Virus record (IMG/VR): IMGVR_UViG_3300021387_000091 | Span: 69,979-133,978 of that record | Source: a virus | Taxonomy: Duplodnaviria > Heunggongvirae > Uroviricota > Caudoviricetes | DNA: 64,000 nt | Direction: 5' to 3' (one strand) | Part shown: positions 60,071 to 64,000 of the stretch, piece by piece | Numbering within the stretch: the first letter of the stretch is position 1 | How the letters are laid out: each line of letters begins with the position of its first letter | Notes under the pieces: model-generated | Seen by the model: the letters and a program-made list of their open reading frames with translations, nothing else | What the model was told of the DNA's origin: nothing | The model's database searches: none | Translations under genes and position numbers: made by a program

Positions 60071-61453
60071 ATGGCAAATATACAATTTACTCCTTATACA
60101 AAAACCACTCAAGAAAACTATAAATTACCGAAATTAAATATTCCAACAATAGTAAGACGTTCAAAAACAACTCCAATAATAATTAACACACCTTTAAATG
60201 AAACAGAAGACGAAGTAATAGAAAAGCCTAAGATTATAAAAGGCATAACAACGTTTAAAGGCAACATCAATATTGGAAATATGCAGCCTGTTATTGATAA
60301 ATTTAATGAGCATGGGATATCTATTCGTGTTACTTCTGGATTAAGACCAGGTGCAATGACTGCATCTGGAAATCTTTCACATCATGCACATGGCAATGCA
60401 CTTGATATAACTCCTGGCGAAGGAGAAACGTGGGATACCATGAAATCAAAATTAAAAGCGTCACCTGAACTAGTATCTTGATTACAACAAAATGGATTTG
60501 GTATATTAGATGAAACTAAATCGGACACTATGCGAAAAACCGGAGCTACTGGTGCTCACTGGCATATTGGAAAAGATACATCTGCGATTAAAGGATTACA
60601 AGCGTTAATAGCAAGGCAAGGTGGAATATTAAAGGCACAACAAGGTGTAATGTTAATTGATTCTCAACCAGCATCTTATGCAAAGCAGTATAATTTATCA
60701 TATAACCCATTTATTCAAAAACAATCTGATGATTTTAATAAATGATATGCGGCTGTAGCGGAAGCTAACAATTTATCTCCAAATCCAGATGATCCAGAGC
60801 ATTATTATGATTATAGAGGTTACTTTAAAGAACATAATAATGCAGCTGAAGAAATAAAAGGACATTTTGATGATAAATATAAACTTCCTGGGCATGAAAC
60901 ATTTTCTATAGAAAGTAAATATTATAAACCAGGAATGATGGCTGGACATTGAGAAAACGAAGACGAATATGTTCCAACCCCATTTAGTGAGGATGAAATG
61001 GATGCCAGACAACATTATGCTGAATCGAGATTTAATAATTCAGCTGTATCTAAATCTGGAGCAAGAGGTGCATATCAGATAATGAAGGCCACTTGAGATG
61101 AAATTGTTAAGAAAAACTCACTAAATGCTAATATAAACAATTATTCCGATAATAAGAAGGTTAAAGACATTTATATGCGAAATCTTGAAAGATATCCTAC
61201 TATTGCGAAGGCTAAAGAACCTATTAAAACTGCACTAAAATATGCGGCATATAATATGGGCATTGGAAATTTAGATAAATTTATAGCAAAAGAGCTTGAA
61301 AAAGGAATTGATGTTTATAAAAATTGAGATTGAATTGATGATTTAAATCATCAAACAAAACAATACGTTAATTTTATAGTTAGAGGAATAGATGGCTCTA
61401 ATGATTTAACAGAGTCTGATTTTAAAAAAGCATTACCTAATAGATTTAAATAA
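60071..61453 (+). CDS. peptidoglycan hydrolase with M15 peptidase (VanY-like) plus lytic transglycosylase (SLT) domains, 6 in-frame TGA
   Basis: SGLRPG...SHHAHGNALD (M15/LAS) and ESRFNNSAVSKSGARGAYQIM (SLT); ORFs 60071-60481 and 60530-60745 share a frame. Confidence 0.65.
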
Positions 61454-61455
61454 TT

Positions 61456-63207
61456 ATGTTAGACGAAATTAAGAAAACATTTAACAACATTAAGAACGCT
61501 ATTATAGAAAAAGGTGTTCAGATAGATGATTGTGATTCTCCAAAAACATATGCTAATAAGATATTAGAAATTAAACAGCAAGGAGATCAAACATTTTTAT
61601 TTATACCAGTATTTAAATCATCTTCAACAAAACCTGCAAAACCAACTGGAACAATGAGCATCTCCAATCCTACAGCTTTTCCAGAAGGATGGGGAACTCC
61701 AGACGGACTTCAATCTCCAATTTGGATGTCATATACACTTATAGGAAAAACTACTGTATATATTCCATGGACAGAACCAATATTAATTAGTGGAGATATA
61801 TCTTCATCTGACATTAAAGGAAGTAAAGCATTTCCTATATACACAGATGTTTCGTCTCTTTCTTTAGATATTTCAAAGCCAGTAGGCGGGACTTGAGATT
61901 TAACTACAAATAAACTCACAGGAAATATATCTTCAAGTCTTTCTGATGGAACATCTACATTATGGTCTGAAGACAGTAAACATGTATCTGGAACATATGA
62001 ATATATGTCTTTCGGTACATTTGATGGAAAAAATGGAAGCATCATCGGTGAATGGTCAGAGCCTATTTGTATTAATTCTGCAAAAGACGGAAAAGATGGC
62101 AAAGATGGAACCGATGGAAAAGATGGTATAAACGGAGAAGACGGAGCAGCAGGTTTAGATGGAGAACCTGGAAAAGATGGCGCTAATGGCACTCCAGGTG
62201 TTTCAATAAGAACAACTGTATGAGAGCCAGAAAAAAAATATTATAATGGAGAAGATATTGATCCAGACGATAATATGATTTATTTAGATATAGTTTCTGA
62301 TAAAGAAATGGGAACCGATGAAGAAGTACATTATTATACTTGTATACGAACCCATACATCTTCAGAAGAAATAACATATGAAAATGGAGATTTTTGGGAA
62401 CAAATCGTTGGTATAAATCGTCCGATTAAAACTCCATTAGTTCTTGCAGATAAAATCAAGGCTGATTTAATTGATGTCGATAATCTAGTTGCAGATGAAG
62501 CTTTTATTAATAATTTAACTACAAATGAAGCTTTTATTGAGAATCTTGAAGTAAAACATCTAGATGGTGCAACTGGAAGTTTTTCCGGAGATTTAATTGT
62601 TTCTAATGAGCATGACCTTGGTTATGAATCAGTAGAAATATCATCTACTGGCGATATAAATGTAGAATCTGTATTTAATACAACACCCGAATTAATACAA
62701 TCTTATCCAGAATATAACGAATCTCAATATGTAGAAAAGATTAAAATAGATCCAAGCGCATCACCTTATTCTATTGAAGATCCATTAATTAAAATAAATA
62801 CAACAGTTCCAAATAAACCAGCTGTTAGATTACAAAATGGGTTTATTTGTTATCCTATAAAATTACTTAGGTCCAGTGTTTCTAATTATCAAATTACAAA
62901 CGATTTTATCATATTATGCGTATTTTCTGCAGTTGGTAATGGATCAACTATATATTTACCAAAGGCTAGACATTATCAAATAGGAAGACATATTACTATT
63001 TGAAGATTGCACAAAGAATATAGCGTTTGACCAAAAATTTGTGCGTTTAACGACGAGGATGATGAGCGATTTTGATATGTTGATATGATAAATGGAAATA
63101 CTTTGAGTACAAAAGAACTAGTATGGCCAAGTAGTAGTTATATAAAAGCGGATTGCTATTGTGTTGATGATGATGGTACACCGTATTGATATGTAGTTTT
63201 TAGTTAA
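61456..63207 (+). CDS. collagen-like tail fibre protein, 5 in-frame TGA
   Basis: ORFs 61456-61896, 62005-62223, 62275-63003 share a frame; GKDGKDGTDGKDGINGEDGAAGLDGEPGKDGANGTPG collagen repeats. Confidence 0.6.
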
Positions 63208-63211
63208 ACAA

Positions 63212-63250
63212 AAAATCCCGGCTCTTTCGAGTCGGGATTTATTTTTTTAT
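63212..63250. terminator. bidirectional rho-independent terminator
   Basis: AAATCCCGGCTC-TTTC-GAGTCGGGATTT followed by T7. Confidence 0.55.
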
Positions 63251-63262
63251 TATTGTTTTAAA

Positions 63263-63664
63263 TTAAGCTACGGTTACAGCACACTCACTTGACTTGCCGT
63301 TAATGGTCACTGTAATTGTTGCAGTACCTGCTTTAACTGCAGTAACAACACCGTCTTCTACTGTAGCAACAGTATCATCGGAACTTTCCCATGTGATTGT
63401 TTGCGGTGCTTTAGAATTTGTAGGTTTTGCTGTTGCAACTAGTGTTTCCTCATCATTAACAGCCATAGATAGTGTTTCTTCACTAAGTTCTACTTCAGTT
63501 ATTTGAATACTAGCTTGCTCATAATTACTGCAAGCTTCAGGATCTGTATAAGGTGTGTGTGCATATTCATCGCTTAATTCCTTATTTTCTCCGAGCTTTT
63601 CTGGTTTCTCAATAGGAATGATAACGCTTTGTTCAGCGTTGTACAAAGTTTTTAAATCGTTCAT
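63263..63664 (-). CDS. Ig-like (BIG2-type) domain protein
   Basis: TITWESSDDTVATVEDGVVTAVKAGTATITVTINGKSSECAVTV. Confidence 0.55.
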   Translation of the reverse strand: MNDLKTLYNAEQSVIIPIEKPEKLGENKELSDEYAHTPYTDPEACSNYEQASIQITEVELSEETLSMAVNDEETLVATAKPTNSKAPQTITWESSDDTVATVEDGVVTAVKAGTATITVTINGKSSECAVTVA

Positions 63665-63683
63665 AATTTTAAATAGTTAATTA

Positions 63684-63980
63684 TTAAACACCAAGTATAC
63701 TGTAAAGAAATTTTCTTCACCAAGGTTCGTTAATATCTAAATCAACAGAACGTGTTTGATCTGGTTTATAGCCTCATCTATAAAGTCTATTATGAGATTT
63801 TCATTCAGAAAGAAGATTATTTCAACATCTCTTTTCAAATACAATACATTCTGGATGTTTTTCTTTGATTATATTGAGTATGTTAGCCATTACTTTCTTA
63901 TCATCTACAGTATAGCTATCTTTTATATGTATATTATTTGGAAATATAGAGCATAATAGTCCGCAAATTTTTTCTGACAT
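63684..63980 (-). CDS. hypothetical protein (4 in-frame TGA)
   Basis: Manual translation from ATG 63980 to TAA 63684. Confidence 0.3.
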
Positions 63981-64000
63981 AAGTTTAAACGTTTAAATTT

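Overview
AT-rich (~30% GC) window from a large virulent-phage-like genome, mostly transcribed on the minus strand, that reads TGA as a sense codon (most likely Trp) and keeps TAA and TAG as stops. Many real genes are therefore split in the supplied ORF track and have been re-joined here. Adjacent same-frame ORFs are separated only by TGA, and the joined products carry conserved motifs (family-B DNA polymerase Exo I/II and motif A; LAGLIDADG; M15 peptidase plus SLT domains; a collagen-like tail fibre). Recognisable genes are polB, GroEL, an AAA ATPase, a nucleotide-metabolism set (IMPDH/GuaC-like, PurA-like, NUDIX, three metallophosphoesterases, HAD, a deoxyribosyltransferase-like protein), Pth2, two vWA proteins, an SPFH protein, LAGLIDADG and HNH homing endonucleases, and a plus-strand lipoprotein/lysin/tail-fibre module near the end. 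At least 20 tRNA genes are scattered through the window. They include a UGA-reading suppressor with a tandem duplicated anticodon arm, a tRNA interrupted by a ~225-nt group I intron, a tRNA split by a ~100-nt insert, a second group I-like element outside any tRNA, atypical tRNA paralogs, and tRNA-like modules downstream of a vWA protein. GC-richer islands carry paralogous gene cassettes and have no in-frame TGA. Coordinates of re-joined genes are hand-derived, and many functions are inferred from motifs only.
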